From: Asterias rubens
Lineage: Eukaryota
Reading direction: 5' to 3'
DNA: 64,000 nucleotides
NCBI RefSeq assembly: GCF_902459465.1
Contig: NC_047066.1
Coordinates: forward strand, 14,384,001-14,448,000
Shown in pieces: positions 1 to 11,876 of this stretch. The notes below the pieces were generated by a model. The model had not been told where the DNA came from. It did not search any database and saw nothing but the letters and a program-made list of their open reading frames with translations. Within the stretch, counting starts at the first letter, position 1; every line of letters starts with the position of its first letter. A program made the translations under genes and the position numbers.

Positions 1-1023
1 TATACTGAGGTCAAATAGTTTGCATGTGATTGTTGGCCAGGCATACCTGCATGCATGCATGGAAAGTAGAGTTTAACTATACATGAAGTTACATAATACT
101 CACAGAACCCCTTTCACACTAAAATGAAAATCCCACAATATATTCCCTACACTGTAGATACATGCAGCAGATTTATTTGACTTCAAGGGAACATGTACCC
201 TACATGTACTTCTTAAACTACAGTTTTCACATGGTATAAATATATTTTAAAGGTTTTATTGACGCAAGGCGGTGTAATGTATGTAAGAGCCTAATTGTGA
301 CACCCTGTTCCCAGAATGGTCAGTCCAATTCTCACCCCCCCCCCCCCCCCCCCCCCCGCACACACAATGAATTAATTAGGGAATAACAGTGCGAGGACCC
401 GGTCTTCACTGCTTGGTAATGAACGACCTGGTGGCTGGGCCGCTGTTAACGGACCATTGATAAATACTTCTTTAAAGAAATAAACGGCTACAATTTTCAA
501 AATTTTGTGACTCTTCTCGTGTAGAAACTTCCAGACATGTTGAGGGGGCATATTTTAGCTTTTGATGGCTCCCGCCTCTTTCATGTGCTAATCACATTAC
601 TGAGAATTTGAGACAGGTGACTTTGTATAAGAATGGTTTGTTAAACGCCCTCAGTGGGGTCAAAGGAGGCAGACGATTGGACGATAGCTGTTCTTTGCGC
701 GTTAAAAACATGCGCAGCAGTGTAGCGTCCCTGTCGTAGCAAGTTGCGTAAATGCAAGGGGTAATACATTTCAGATACGTACGCACATGTGCCAATAAAA
801 TAAGATGAATAACCTAACCCTGTGATTTGCCAAAAGCACAGACACTAGTTGTACACAATGTATGCTGGTGTAGTGGCCATTTATTCAAAATTTCCAGAGC
901 CATTCATTTATCAATGCGTAAATTATGCACTAAATGTGTAAGAATACTGTATCTTGTGCAACAGTCACCTGAAGTCATTTTGATAGTGATAAATACAACA
1001 TCAGATAATATGAGTAGATTTAA

Positions 1024-1057
1024 TACTAACAATGAACTGACCCTTTTGTATTAACAG
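1024..1057 (+). promoter_or_regulatory. Branch point and 3' splice acceptor in front of the TRIM coding exon (present in all copies)
   Basis: TACTAAC at 1024-1030, then ccttttgtattaacAG|ggaaagatcg, 21 nt before the ATG. Equivalent TACTAAC/AACTAAC plus caacAG|ggaaagatcg precedes the other copies even where the rest of the intron differs. Confidence 0.8.
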
Positions 1058-1078
1058 GGAAAGATCGTAAAATCAAAG

Positions 1079-3067
1079 ATGGCTGCCAGTATCACAGTCC
1101 ATTCAGTGCTTGATAAGATCAGTAAGGATCATCTAGAATGTCCAATATGCACCAATCGCTTCATCAATCCAACAATGCTAGACTGTCTACACAGCTTCTG
1201 CTTCACATGCCTCAAGGAGCTTCACCAACAAGATCCTAACAACTCCATCCTACTGTGTCCTCTGTGCAGAAAGAAAACAACACTAGAAGACAACAAGGTT
1301 GAAAGTCTACCTAAGGACTTTAAACTCAATGCCCTGGTGGATGAGTTTACTGTTCAGGAGCAACTCATGGAGGGTCATGGGTCAGAGGTCAAATGTCAAG
1401 CCTGTGAAAGAGATCATATGGCTGTTTCCAGATGTATTGACTGTGACAATTTTATTTGTCAAGAATGTCAACAGGCACATCAGCATTTTGCTATTTTGAA
1501 ATCACATCAAATCTATGCACTTGCTCAACTGCAATCAGGTGTAGTAACCTACCGCAGTAAGATCAGGGAGTACATTCCAAAGTGTGGCAAGCACAGTGAT
1601 CAGACTCTGAACATCTACTGCAACACATGCCAGAAGTTAGAATGCACAACATGTACTGTTCTTGATCATGGAAATCCAAAGCATGACCTTATTGGCATAC
1701 CTGAGGCTTTAGACAAATGCAAACAGGAAGTCGCAGAGCTGGTTGCAAAAGCTGAGAAGTGCAAGGTGGATATTCAAACTGCCATGGAACAAGCCAGTGA
1801 GTCTCGCAAGAAACTGGAATCTTCATATGCTGAAACCAATATGAAAATCTCCCAGAAGGCTGCCAAGGAGAGAGCAAAGATCACAGAAGAGGAAAAGCAG
1901 CTGAAGCAAGAGGCAGAGAGTGTTTACAAAGACAGAGTCCAGACATTTGAAACTGCAGAGGCAACCAATACAAAAGAAGTGACCCAGGTAGAGCACAAGC
2001 TGGGTGAAGTGAATCAGTTCATGACCCAAGCAAGCTCTCATGAGATTATGGATTTCAAGCTGAAACTTATAAACAATCTCGATGAACTAACTAAGAAACA
2101 AGGTGAGATTGTGTCTGACAGGTTTTCCTTTCTTGAGTTTGAAGAAGGTGAAAGGTCAGTGGGAAGACTGGTGCTGGAAGATGAGCAACAAGCTAAAGCA
2201 GAGGCTCAGGCCAAGGAACATGAAACAATCCATACAAAACAGGAGTGGAAACTGAAGGAAAGTGTTAGTAAAATTGGGAACACAATATTTAAGTTGGCGA
2301 AATCGGTTGCAGCTTTCTCCGACAATGAAATAGTAGTACTAGATACAACACACAATGCATTGTTTTCATTAAAACCTCAATTAGCAGCAGACAAATCACA
2401 ATCTACTCACTGCCTACAAAGATTAAAAGTCACAGGACTTACTAAACCAACAGCACTCACTGTGGACAATAATGATCACCTGTATGTGATTGACAATAGA
2501 GAAGTCAAGGTTTTTAACAGGAAATATATGCTCCATCATCAGTTCCAGCTAAGTGGGAGAAAGCTCTCCCCATCATGCCTTGCAGTGGATGAAAACAATC
2601 TCATAGCAGTGGGTTATTCACAAGGGCTAATCTCACTCTACAACCCTGATGGATCACTCATCAGAACATTCTCTACTCCAGTAAATGTAGAATATTGTAC
2701 TTTATACAATGAGAGGATTATCTTCAACAGTAGAACAGATGATCCAGATTTACACTTAGTTGATTATCAGGGTGGAAAGGTGTTCTCAGTAGATATTTTT
2801 CAGTCTGAAGAATCCTATGGTTTGTGCTGTGATAAAGATGGATGTATCTTTGTTGCTCAATTTAATGAGACAACAGAAAACAATAGAATATGGCAGTACA
2901 GTCCCGATGGCAAGTACATTGGATGTGTCATTGAGGATTGTGGTTATGCCTTTGACATCACATTCACACCATCTGGCAATCTTGTAGTGGCAGCAAAAAC
3001 ATCAGTAAACATCTTCCAAGTTGTTTCCCGGTACAGTAAGACCTCACATTGTAACATGCTAAAGTGA
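1079..3067 (+). CDS. TRIM-NHL-like E3 ubiquitin ligase, copy 1 (662 aa)
   Basis: C3HC4 RING CPIC..CLHSFCFTC..CPLC; B-box1 CQAC..CIDC..CQEC..H..H; B-box2 CGKH..CNTC..CTTC..H..H; coiled coil; C-terminal repeats such as PTALTVDNNDHLYVID, PSCLAVDENNLIAV and AFDITFTPSGNLVV, typical of NHL/beta-propeller blades. Confidence 0.93.
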   Translation: MAASITVHSVLDKISKDHLECPICTNRFINPTMLDCLHSFCFTCLKELHQQDPNNSILLCPLCRKKTTLEDNKVESLPKDFKLNALVDEFTVQEQLMEGHGSEVKCQACERDHMAVSRCIDCDNFICQECQQAHQHFAILKSHQIYALAQLQSGVVTYRSKIREYIPKCGKHSDQTLNIYCNTCQKLECTTCTVLDHGNPKHDLIGIPEALDKCKQEVAELVAKAEKCKVDIQTAMEQASESRKKLESSYAETNMKISQKAAKERAKITEEEKQLKQEAESVYKDRVQTFETAEATNTKEVTQVEHKLGEVNQFMTQASSHEIMDFKLKLINNLDELTKKQGEIVSDRFSFLEFEEGERSVGRLVLEDEQQAKAEAQAKEHETIHTKQEWKLKESVSKIGNTIFKLAKSVAAFSDNEIVVLDTTHNALFSLKPQLAADKSQSTHCLQRLKVTGLTKPTALTVDNNDHLYVIDNREVKVFNRKYMLHHQFQLSGRKLSPSCLAVDENNLIAVGYSQGLISLYNPDGSLIRTFSTPVNVEYCTLYNERIIFNSRTDDPDLHLVDYQGGKVFSVDIFQSEESYGLCCDKDGCIFVAQFNETTENNRIWQYSPDGKYIGCVIEDCGYAFDITFTPSGNLVVAAKTSVNIFQVVSRYSKTSHCNMLK

Positions 3068-4559
3068 ACACACCAAAGCAACTGAACCATTAATATCATA
3101 GCATGCACATTATGCTAGTTCATGTTGTAGCTTTGGTGTTACCAGTAGTGAACACTTTAGATTCATCAGAGAATCTGGACAATTAATTTTCTAATCCTGA
3201 ATACAACCTTGAAGAGCATCCACAATCTCAAATGTCCAGCCAAAGGCAAAGGAGGCAATATGGCATGATGTACATTACGTTGTTTCAAAACAAAAAGGTT
3301 GTAAATCTCCTAATTTACTGTTAACGTTAACCGCTTGCGAAAATGTTTTTACAAAATCAATGGAGGTTGAAGGAACACGTTGCCTTGGATCGGACGAGTT
3401 GGTCTATAAAAAGCGATTGTATCCGTTTGTTATAGAAATGCATATGGTTGGAAAGATGTTTTAAAAGTAGAATACAATGATCCACATAACTTTGCCTAGA
3501 AATCGCATGGTTTTGCTTTGCGAACTAACACGGTCAGCTATTTATGGGAGTCAACAAAATTTTGACTCCCATTAATGGCTGATGGTGTTAGTCGACGAAG
3601 TTTGTGTGGATCATTGTATTCTACCTTTACAACATCTTTCTACCCATGCATTTCATAACAAACCGTTACAAACGCTTTTCAAAGACCAACTCAACCGCTC
3701 AAAGGCAGCGTGTAAGATATTATGTTGTTCCACTTTTATGCCAGACAGAAATTTGTTGAGGAATCACGTTGAGATACAAGATGAACTGTAGAAATAAAAT
3801 CAATAACCAAAAATGACCTTGTTGCACCATGGTCGCACGGACACAAACAATTTCATCAGTGGACCATACTTCAAATACATGTAGCAAGAGTTATTGCTTC
3901 TTATTCATTTATTCACACTTTGCAGATATGTTCTTTTATATTACATCTCTTGCTTGTTCTGTTTTCTGGTTGGCTGAAACACGCTCACGTGCATGAGATT
4001 TACTCCACCAGGAACTAGACCCGCATTGAGACATCGTGTGCGTACGTTTTGCAGGAAATAGTTCCATGAGTGGGCAATAGACTTATAATTTTTGACTGGT
4101 TACAGCGCCCTCTCTTGACATGAACCATGGACTAGCATCTAAAAAACTGAATGTGGGGAAATTAATGCATTCCTTTTATTGCGGAATGGCCTTTGATTTA
4201 ATTGCCCATGTATTAATCAGGAATTAAAACAGTTTCGTAAGCCCTTGACAAGTTTTAGACCTAAGGTGTTATAAAACACGTATGAACTGGCATAAATCGG
4301 TAAATAGTGCAAATCCATCTCACCTTGGATGATTGACCAGAAGAGGAACCGTCTCAGGAACAAAGTCCCTCGTCTGGTCAGAGTCCCTTGGAGGAACAGG
4401 CAGTTTGCACTACATGTATTTACCTCATTGCCAGACATGTATAATAACACAATAAATGGCTTCTAATGCCCACACTTTATCTTAACAACACTGTATAATG
4501 TAAATCAACATGCATTAAATGGCACTGATGTTCAATAAGGTCACATTTATTCAAATTAA

Positions 4560-4880
4560 TATAGGTTTTCGTTTTAGGATTATGTCAAATGTAATGTTGC
4601 GTCATACGATTTAGCAAACTAATCAGTCAATTTATCAATTCATCAAAGCAGCATTCAAATTTGCAGACGCTTCTTGAGGCGTGTGTGTCACGCAAAAGAA
4701 TGACGATACGCTAATTTGAACAGAGTGCTAAAGGAATTTGACTCGACTCAAAACAAAATTGAATGGCCAACTTCTGAATTTGTAACGCAGTAACAACCGG
4801 AGAGGCAAAACAGCTTTAATTCAAACGCATGAAAATGAAATTGATTGCTCATTTGCCGAATTTGACCAAGAAAACCTATA
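4560..4880. mobile_element. ~320-bp MITE specific to spacer type A (second copy ~24520-24840)
   Basis: Inverted termini tataggttttc / gaaaacctata. Absent from the equivalent site of the type B spacers. Confidence 0.65.
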
Positions 4881-6449
4881 GTAATTTCTTTTTTTCTACA
4901 CTGTATGCCTGTTAATGGAAATCAAAAAATGTACTCGCTCACTGTTTAAATAAACTGATGATCATTGTTATTTTATTTTACTACTATAGTTTTTATATTT
5001 TCCATTTGCTTGTACAATAAATTAAGACTGAACACACTTCACCTCTATCATCTGCACTCACAGGCCTGTTTGTTTCGTTTTTGAAAGGGCAAGGGCACCA
5101 AGGCATTTTCTCCTTGGTAAAGGGAACCCGTCTCATCATTAGCCAGGAGAAATTTGAGGTCATGCACAGTGTGTACTTTGTATGTAAACAAAGCCTGGCT
5201 CTTACTTCCTGTGAATGCGAATGAGAAGCGACTTTTGACGACACAGGCTGTTTTCCCAGCGAATGTTTCGCAGGAGTTGAGCACAAATCAACTGACTCAA
5301 ATTATCCGTTGCGAATTCGTGACGTCAAAAATTGTATCGCATTCGCAGGAAGAATACTGTGAAACGGTTTGGAATAGTGCAAGCTGCGTACAGGTGCAGA
5401 AAGTTGTGCAGGTGGAAATGTAACGCATCACGGTGACGTGTGATAAGCGTGTCCATCCGTACCCCAATTAACACACCTGATGGAGGGCAAGGGGGGGGGG
5501 GGTCGCTTTGAGGCAATCTGCCACGTCTTAGGGCCTTGTCGTATGAGGCAACTTTAACAGGCAACTTGGAGGCAGCCAACAAAGGAGGGTGCACCAACTT
5601 AATAAACTCCCAAAGCGACCAATGCTAAAAGCGACCAATATTCAAAAATATTCACAAAATATATATAGTCTCTCAGACTCTTGAAAACATACATTTCCAG
5701 ACAACTAAGCTTTGTGATTTTTGATGGAAATGATGCTGAGTTCCCTTGATGGGAAGATTATCTAAGCAAACTAAACAACAAACAAACAAACAAACAAGTA
5801 AACAAGCCTACAAACAACAAACCCTTTTTATTTTACTATCACTATATCAGCAATATTCTAGACCACAAAACTGTATAATTACTACTGGACATAAAGTGTA
5901 CAATAAGTGCATAAATTCCTTGATTCTTTATTCTTGATGGCACCATGCAGCATGAGATCATTTGTATGTCACAATAAATGTTAAAATCGTTTTTTTTTGC
6001 AATATCTGACAACAGACGGCTTAAGAAAGATTTTGTTTGGTTTATAGTAATGTAACAACGCACAATGAGTTGTCAGTGGTCACTGATCCATTTAAACACT
6101 AAAGGAAACCCAACACAAACACACATTGTACTTTGTACACTCACTTGTAAAACAGTTGTCATGGTTATGGGCTACTATAAATACAGGCCTGGAATGTCAT
6201 CTTTGAGAGGGCAAGGCAGTTTTCATTTTGCAAAAGGCATTCCATTGAAAAGTTTACGGGTGAACCTACATGTATTGAAGAGGCACCAAGGCCAACAACA
6301 GAGGCAATACATACATGTATATAGATGCTACATTATGTATGGCCTCTGCAGCCTCCCTGGTGTATTTCAGGTCTGTGTATGTGTACACAATAGGTGTAAT
6401 TGTACTGTATACATGTAGAAAGTGACACTTGAAGGTGACATCATGGATC

Positions 6450-6696
6450 TATAAATAGAAAAGGGGATTTTTTTTTCCAGGGAGTGATGAGCAATATAAT
6501 GCCAACTTTACAGTGTACATGGTACTACACGTACAGACTATGCATCACAAAGCACAGGACCAGCACATACAAGGAACAGTGTAGAAGGGTGTGGATAAAA
6601 CACCTGACAGAAGTCACAGCTTTTGGGTGAAAACTGATGGAGAAAGACCTCCAACAACACCAAGAAATTGCTTGTAAACTGTATACAATCGTAAGT
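6450..6696 (+). promoter_or_regulatory. Putative TATA box, upstream exon and 5' splice donor of TRIM copy 2
   Basis: TATAAATA at 6450-6457 (also 19198, 33454, 39057). Donor AATC|GTAAGT at 6691 is conserved at 12178, 19434, 33660 and 39263. The transcription start is inferred, not observed. Confidence 0.6.
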
Positions 6697-7595
6697 ACTT
6701 GTTAGTCCATGAACTGTAGGGACAATTATTTAGACTGAGGTCAAATAGTTTGCATGTGATTGTTGGCCAGGCATACCTGCATGCATACATAAAAAGTAGA
6801 GTTTATTTATACATGAAGTTACATAATACTCACAGAACCCCTTTCACACTAAAATGAAAATCCCACAATATATTCCCTACACTGTAAATACATGTAGCAG
6901 ATTTATTTGACTTCAAGGGAACATGTACCCTACATGTACTTCTTAAACTACAGTTTTCACATGGTATAAATATATTTTAAAGGCTTTACTGACGCAAGGC
7001 GGTGTAATCTACATGTAAGAGCCTAATTGTGACACCCTGTTCCCAGAATGGTCAGTCCAATTCTCACCCTCACCCCCCCCCCCCACACGCACAATGAATT
7101 AATTAGGGAATAACAGTGCAAGGACCCTGTCTTCACTGCTTGGTAATGAACGACCTGGTGGCTGGGCCGCTGTTAACGGACCATTGATAAATACTTCTTT
7201 AAAGAAATAAACGGCTACAATTTTCAAAATTTTGTGACTCTTCTCGTGTAGAAACTTCCAGACATGTTGAGGGGGCATATTTTAGCTTTTGATGGCTCCC
7301 GCCTCTTTCATGCGCTTATCACATTACTGAAAATTTGAGACAGGTGACTTTGTATAAGAATGTTTTGTTAAACGCCCTCAGTGGGGTCAAAGGAGGCAGA
7401 CGATTGGACGATAGCTGTTCTTTGCACGTTAAAAACATGCGCAGCAGTGTAGCGTCCCTGTCGTAGCAAGTTGCGTAAATGCAAGGGGTAATACATTTCA
7501 GATACGTACGCACATGTGCCAATAAAATAAGATGAATAACCTAACCCTGTGATTTGCCAAAAGCACAGACACTAGTTGTACACAATGTATGCTGG

Positions 7596-8496
7596 CAGCC
7601 CTGATACTTCACGATGGCAACGACGGCAATTGCCGTCGTTGCCCCTACCGATTGCCGCAATGCCCTTCAAAAACCCAATTTTTCACGGCAATGATTGCCG
7701 TGCCCTTTTCTCATCACTGCCGCCGTGCCCTTCCTCCCGAAAACAAATTATATTCAACGTTGTCAAAGTTCGAAAATAAGCCAAAAAGTCCCGATGTCTG
7801 TGTAAATTTCACGCAACGAAATAGACCCCAATTTCACGCACGTAAGGCATAGGAGCAGATTTCAGGCCCGTTAGTCGTTGTTCTTTGCGTGCGACAAAAA
7901 AATACTCGAAACATCGAACGCTAGAGGGCGTTTCAGAACAGAGCAATAGCGTGAGACTAAACGCCCTCTACTGGTAAAATTATGCGAACCAGCGCTAAAC
8001 GCCTTGAGAAAAAGACTCGACGTGTCTTTGCATGCTGGGATAGTGGTTTTCCCCATGCTTGGTACATGTGATGTACCATCATGTACAGCATAGGCGTCGC
8101 GCACCGCATGCATTTATTCTGTCAACATCGTGTCAAAATGGAGCAGTTACGTGGGAATTTTAGCGTCTCTACGAAAAACCACACAACGTGCATGACCAAT
8201 AGTAGGATTACGTAGGATCAAACATTATTTATTGTGTATTGTAAGTAGTTGTTCTTTATTTTGTTGAATTAGATGAATGCTTTCTTTTTTCATTGGGTAA
8301 AATGGAAAAATTGGAAGAACTATTTTTTACAGGCAACTCGGAGGTTTTTTTTCAAACTGCCGTCGTGCCCTTCGCAACTTTTTATGATTGCCGTGATGCC
8401 CTTCCAAATTTTTGAAAATTGCCTTGGTGCCCTAAATTTTTACAAAAAGTCAAGGCAAAACTGCCGTGCCCCTTAAAAGCCGAAGTATCAGGGCTG
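7596..8496. mobile_element. 901-bp non-autonomous DNA transposon, 15-bp TIR, 6-bp TSD (in intron of copy 2)
   Basis: TIR cagccctgatacttc / gaagtatcagggctg; TSD tgctgg at 7590-7595 and 8497-8502. The empty site (aatgtatgctggtgtagtgg) is seen in the copy 1 and copy 5 introns. Confidence 0.92.
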
Positions 8497-8712
8497 TGCT
8501 GGTGTAGTGGCCATTTATTCAAAATTTCCAGATCCATTCATTTATCAATGCGTAAATTATGCACTAAATGTGTAAGAATACTGTATCTTGTGCAACAGTC
8601 ACCTGAAGTCATTTTGATAGTGATAAATACAACATCAGATAATATGAGTAGATTTAATACTAACAATGAACTGACCCTTTTGTATTAACAGGGAAAGATC
8701 GTAAAATCAAAG

Positions 8713-10647
8713 ATGGCTGCCAGTATCACAGTCCATTCAGTGCTTGATAAGATCAGTAAGGATCATCTAGAATGTCCAATATGCACCAATCGCTTCATCA
8801 ATCCAACAATGCTAGACTGTCTACACAGCTTCTGCTTCACATGCCTCAAGGAGCTTCACCAACAAGATCCTAACAACTCCATCCTACTGTGTCCTCTGTG
8901 CAGAAAGAAAACAACACTAGAAGACAACAAGGTTGAAAGTCTACCTAAGGACTTTAAACTCAATGCCCTGGTGGATGAGTTTACTGTTCAGGAGCAACTC
9001 ATGGAGGGTCATGGGTCAGAGGTCAAATGTCAAGCCTGTGAAAGGGATCATATGGCTGTTTCCAGATGTATTGACTGTGACAATTTTATTTGTCAAGAAT
9101 GTCAACAGGCACATCAGCATTTTGCTATTTTGAAATCACATCAAATCTATGCACTTGCTCAACTGCAATCAGGTGTAGTAACCTATCGCAGTAAGATCAG
9201 GGAGTACATTCCAAAGTGTGGCAAGCACAGTGATCAGACTCTGAACATCTACTGCAACACATGCCAGAAGTTAGAATGCACAACATGTACTGTTCTTGAT
9301 CATGGAAATCCAAAGCATGACCTTATTGGCATACCTGAGGCTTTAGACAAATGCAAACAGGAAGTCGCAGAGCTGGTTGCAAAAGCTGAGAAGTGCAAGG
9401 TGGATATTCAAACTGCCATGGAACAAGCCAGTGAGTCTCGCAAGAAACTGGAATCTTCATATGCTGAAACCAATATGAAAATCTCCCAGAAGGCTGCCAA
9501 GGAGAGAGCAAAGATCACTGAAGAGGAAAATCAGCTGAAGCAAGAGGCAGAGAGTGTTTACAAAGACAGAGTCCAGACATTTGAAACTGTAGAGGCAACC
9601 AACACAAAAGAAGTGACCCAGGTAGAGCACAAGCTGGGTGAAGTGAATCAGTTCATGACCCAAGCAAGCTCTCATGAGATTCTGGATTTCAAGCTGAAAC
9701 TTATAAACAATCTTGAGGAACTGACTAAGAATCAAGGTGAGATTGTGTCTGACAGGTTTTCCTTTCTTGAGTTTGAAGAAGGTGAAAGGTCAGTGGGAAG
9801 ACTGGTGCTGGAAGATAAGCAACAAGCTAAAGCAGAGGCTCAGGCCAAGGAACATGAAACAATCCATACAAAACAGGAGTGGAAACTGAAGGAAAGTGTT
9901 TTTAAGTGGGCGAATTCGGTTGCAGCTTTCTCCGACAATGAATTAGTAGTACAAGATACAACACACAATTCATTGTTTGCATTAAAACCTCAATTAGCAG
10001 CAGACAAATCACAATCTGCTCACTGCCCACAAAGATTAAAAGTCACAGGACTTACTAAACCAACAGCACTCACTGTGGACAATAATGATCACCTGTATGT
10101 GATTGAAGATCTAGAAGTCAAGGTTTTTAACAGGAAATATATGCTCCATCATCAGTTCCAGCTAAGTGAGAGAATGCTCTCCCCATCATGCCTTGCAGTG
10201 GATGAAAACAATCTCATAGCAGTGGGTTATTTACCAGGGCTAATCTCACTCTACAACCCTGATGGATCACTCATCAGAACATTCTCTACTCCAGTACAGG
10301 TAGACTATTTGACTTTATACAAGGAGAGGATTATCTACAGCAGTAGATATGATACACATTTACACTCAGTTGAATATAAGGGTGTAAAGGTGTTCTCAGT
10401 AGATACTGATCAGTCTGAAAAATCCTATGGTTTGTGCTGTGATAAAGATGGAAGTATCTTTGTTGCTCAATATAATGGGACAACAGAAAACAATAGAATA
10501 TGTCAGTACAGTCCTGATGGCAAGTACATTGGATGTGTCATTGAGGATTGTGGTAATGCCTATGACATCACATTCACACCATCTGGCAACCTTGTAGTAG
10601 CAGCATACACATCAGTAAAAATCTACCAAGTTGTTTCCCCAGTATAG
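8713..10647 (+). CDS. TRIM-NHL-like protein, copy 2 (644 aa)
   Basis: Same architecture. Has a 21-nt in-frame deletion at the start of the propeller and a short VVSPV* tail. Confidence 0.93.
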   Translation: MAASITVHSVLDKISKDHLECPICTNRFINPTMLDCLHSFCFTCLKELHQQDPNNSILLCPLCRKKTTLEDNKVESLPKDFKLNALVDEFTVQEQLMEGHGSEVKCQACERDHMAVSRCIDCDNFICQECQQAHQHFAILKSHQIYALAQLQSGVVTYRSKIREYIPKCGKHSDQTLNIYCNTCQKLECTTCTVLDHGNPKHDLIGIPEALDKCKQEVAELVAKAEKCKVDIQTAMEQASESRKKLESSYAETNMKISQKAAKERAKITEEENQLKQEAESVYKDRVQTFETVEATNTKEVTQVEHKLGEVNQFMTQASSHEILDFKLKLINNLEELTKNQGEIVSDRFSFLEFEEGERSVGRLVLEDKQQAKAEAQAKEHETIHTKQEWKLKESVFKWANSVAAFSDNELVVQDTTHNSLFALKPQLAADKSQSAHCPQRLKVTGLTKPTALTVDNNDHLYVIEDLEVKVFNRKYMLHHQFQLSERMLSPSCLAVDENNLIAVGYLPGLISLYNPDGSLIRTFSTPVQVDYLTLYKERIIYSSRYDTHLHSVEYKGVKVFSVDTDQSEKSYGLCCDKDGSIFVAQYNGTTENNRICQYSPDGKYIGCVIEDCGNAYDITFTPSGNLVVAAYTSVKIYQVVSPV

Positions 10648-11003
10648 TAAGACCTCACCTTGTAACATGCTAAAGTGAACGAACCAAAACAACTAAAACA
10701 ATAATATCATAGCAAGCACATTACCCTAGTTCATGTACATTGTACCTTTGGTTTTGCTGGAAGTAACGGTTTGAATACCTTGTATTTGATTTATTAAAGA
10801 ATCTGGACAATTAATTTCCTAATCCTGAATACAACCTTGAAGAGCATCCACAATCTCAGATGTCTGAAGCCAAAGGCAAAGGAGGCAATATGGCTCTATG
10901 TACATAAACGTTGTTTCAGAACAAAAATGGTGTAAATCTCCTAAATTACTGTTTACGTGAAATGCTTGTGAAGATATTTTTTTAAAAAATCAATGGAGGT
11001 TGA

Positions 11004-11371
11004 AGGAACACGTTGCCTTGGATCGGACGAGTTGGTCTATAAAAAGCGTTTGTAACTGTTTGTTATAAAATGCATTTGGTTGGAAAGATGTTTTAAAGGT
11101 AGAATACAATGATCCACACAAATTTGCCTCGAAATTGCGTGGTTTTCCTTTTACTTTGCGAACTAACACGGTCGGCCATTTATGGGAGTAAATATTTGAC
11201 TCCCATTGGCCGACCGTGTTAGTCGTCGAGGTAAAAGGAAAACTGGCAATTTCGTGGCATGTTTGTGTGGATCATTGTATTCTACTTTTACAACATCTTA
11301 TGCTTTTTATAACAAATGGTTACAAACGCTTTTCAAAGACCAACTCGACCGCTCAAAGGCAACGTGTTCCT
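11004..11371. mobile_element. Old Kolobok-like MITE in the TRIM 3' flank (homologues near 3372, 16492, 23328, 30765, 36386, 42925)
   Basis: Termini aggaacacgttgccttggatcggacgagttggtct / agaccaactcgaccgctcaaaggcaacgtgttcct with degenerate TTAA-like flanks and an internal palindrome (ggtcggcc...tgggagt...actccca...ggccgacc). Confidence 0.65.
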
Positions 11372-11876
11372 ATAAGATATTATGTTGTTCCACTGTGACT
11401 TTTATGACAGATACAAATTTGTTGAGGAATCACGATTAGATACAAGATGAACTGTACAAATATACTCAATAACCCAAAATTACCTTGTTGCACCATGGTC
11501 GCATGGACACAACAATTTCATCAGTGAAGCAGATTATTATGTACTTTTATATTACACCTCTTGCTAGTTCTGTTTTCTGTTTGGCTGAAACACGGTCACA
11601 TGCATGAGATTTACGCCACCAGGAACTAGACCCACATTGAGACATCGTGTGTACGCTTTGCAGGAAATAGTTCCATGTGTGGGCAATAGACTTATAATTT
11701 TTGACTGGTTACAGCGCCCTCTCTTGACATGAACCATGGACTAGCAACTAAAAAGTTTCTTTCTTATTTCACATTTTTGACCCAAGGTGTTATAAAACAA
11801 ATTATGGACTGGCACATTATGGACTGGCACATTATGGACTGGCCTTATTCAGTAAATAGTGTACGTCTATTCCTGT

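Noticed and set aside
336-357. Long poly-C and poly-G runs in introns and spacers as G-quadruplex recombination signals
   Set aside because: Lengths vary as expected for homopolymers, and no breakpoint I could locate maps to them.
592-795. 67-aa minus-strand ORF (MAHVRTY...) recurring four times
   Set aside because: It recurs only because the intron is duplicated; no recognisable domain.
1299-2041. Short ORFs overlapping each TRIM CDS on both strands
   Set aside because: Shadow frames of the real gene, with lengths changing between copies.
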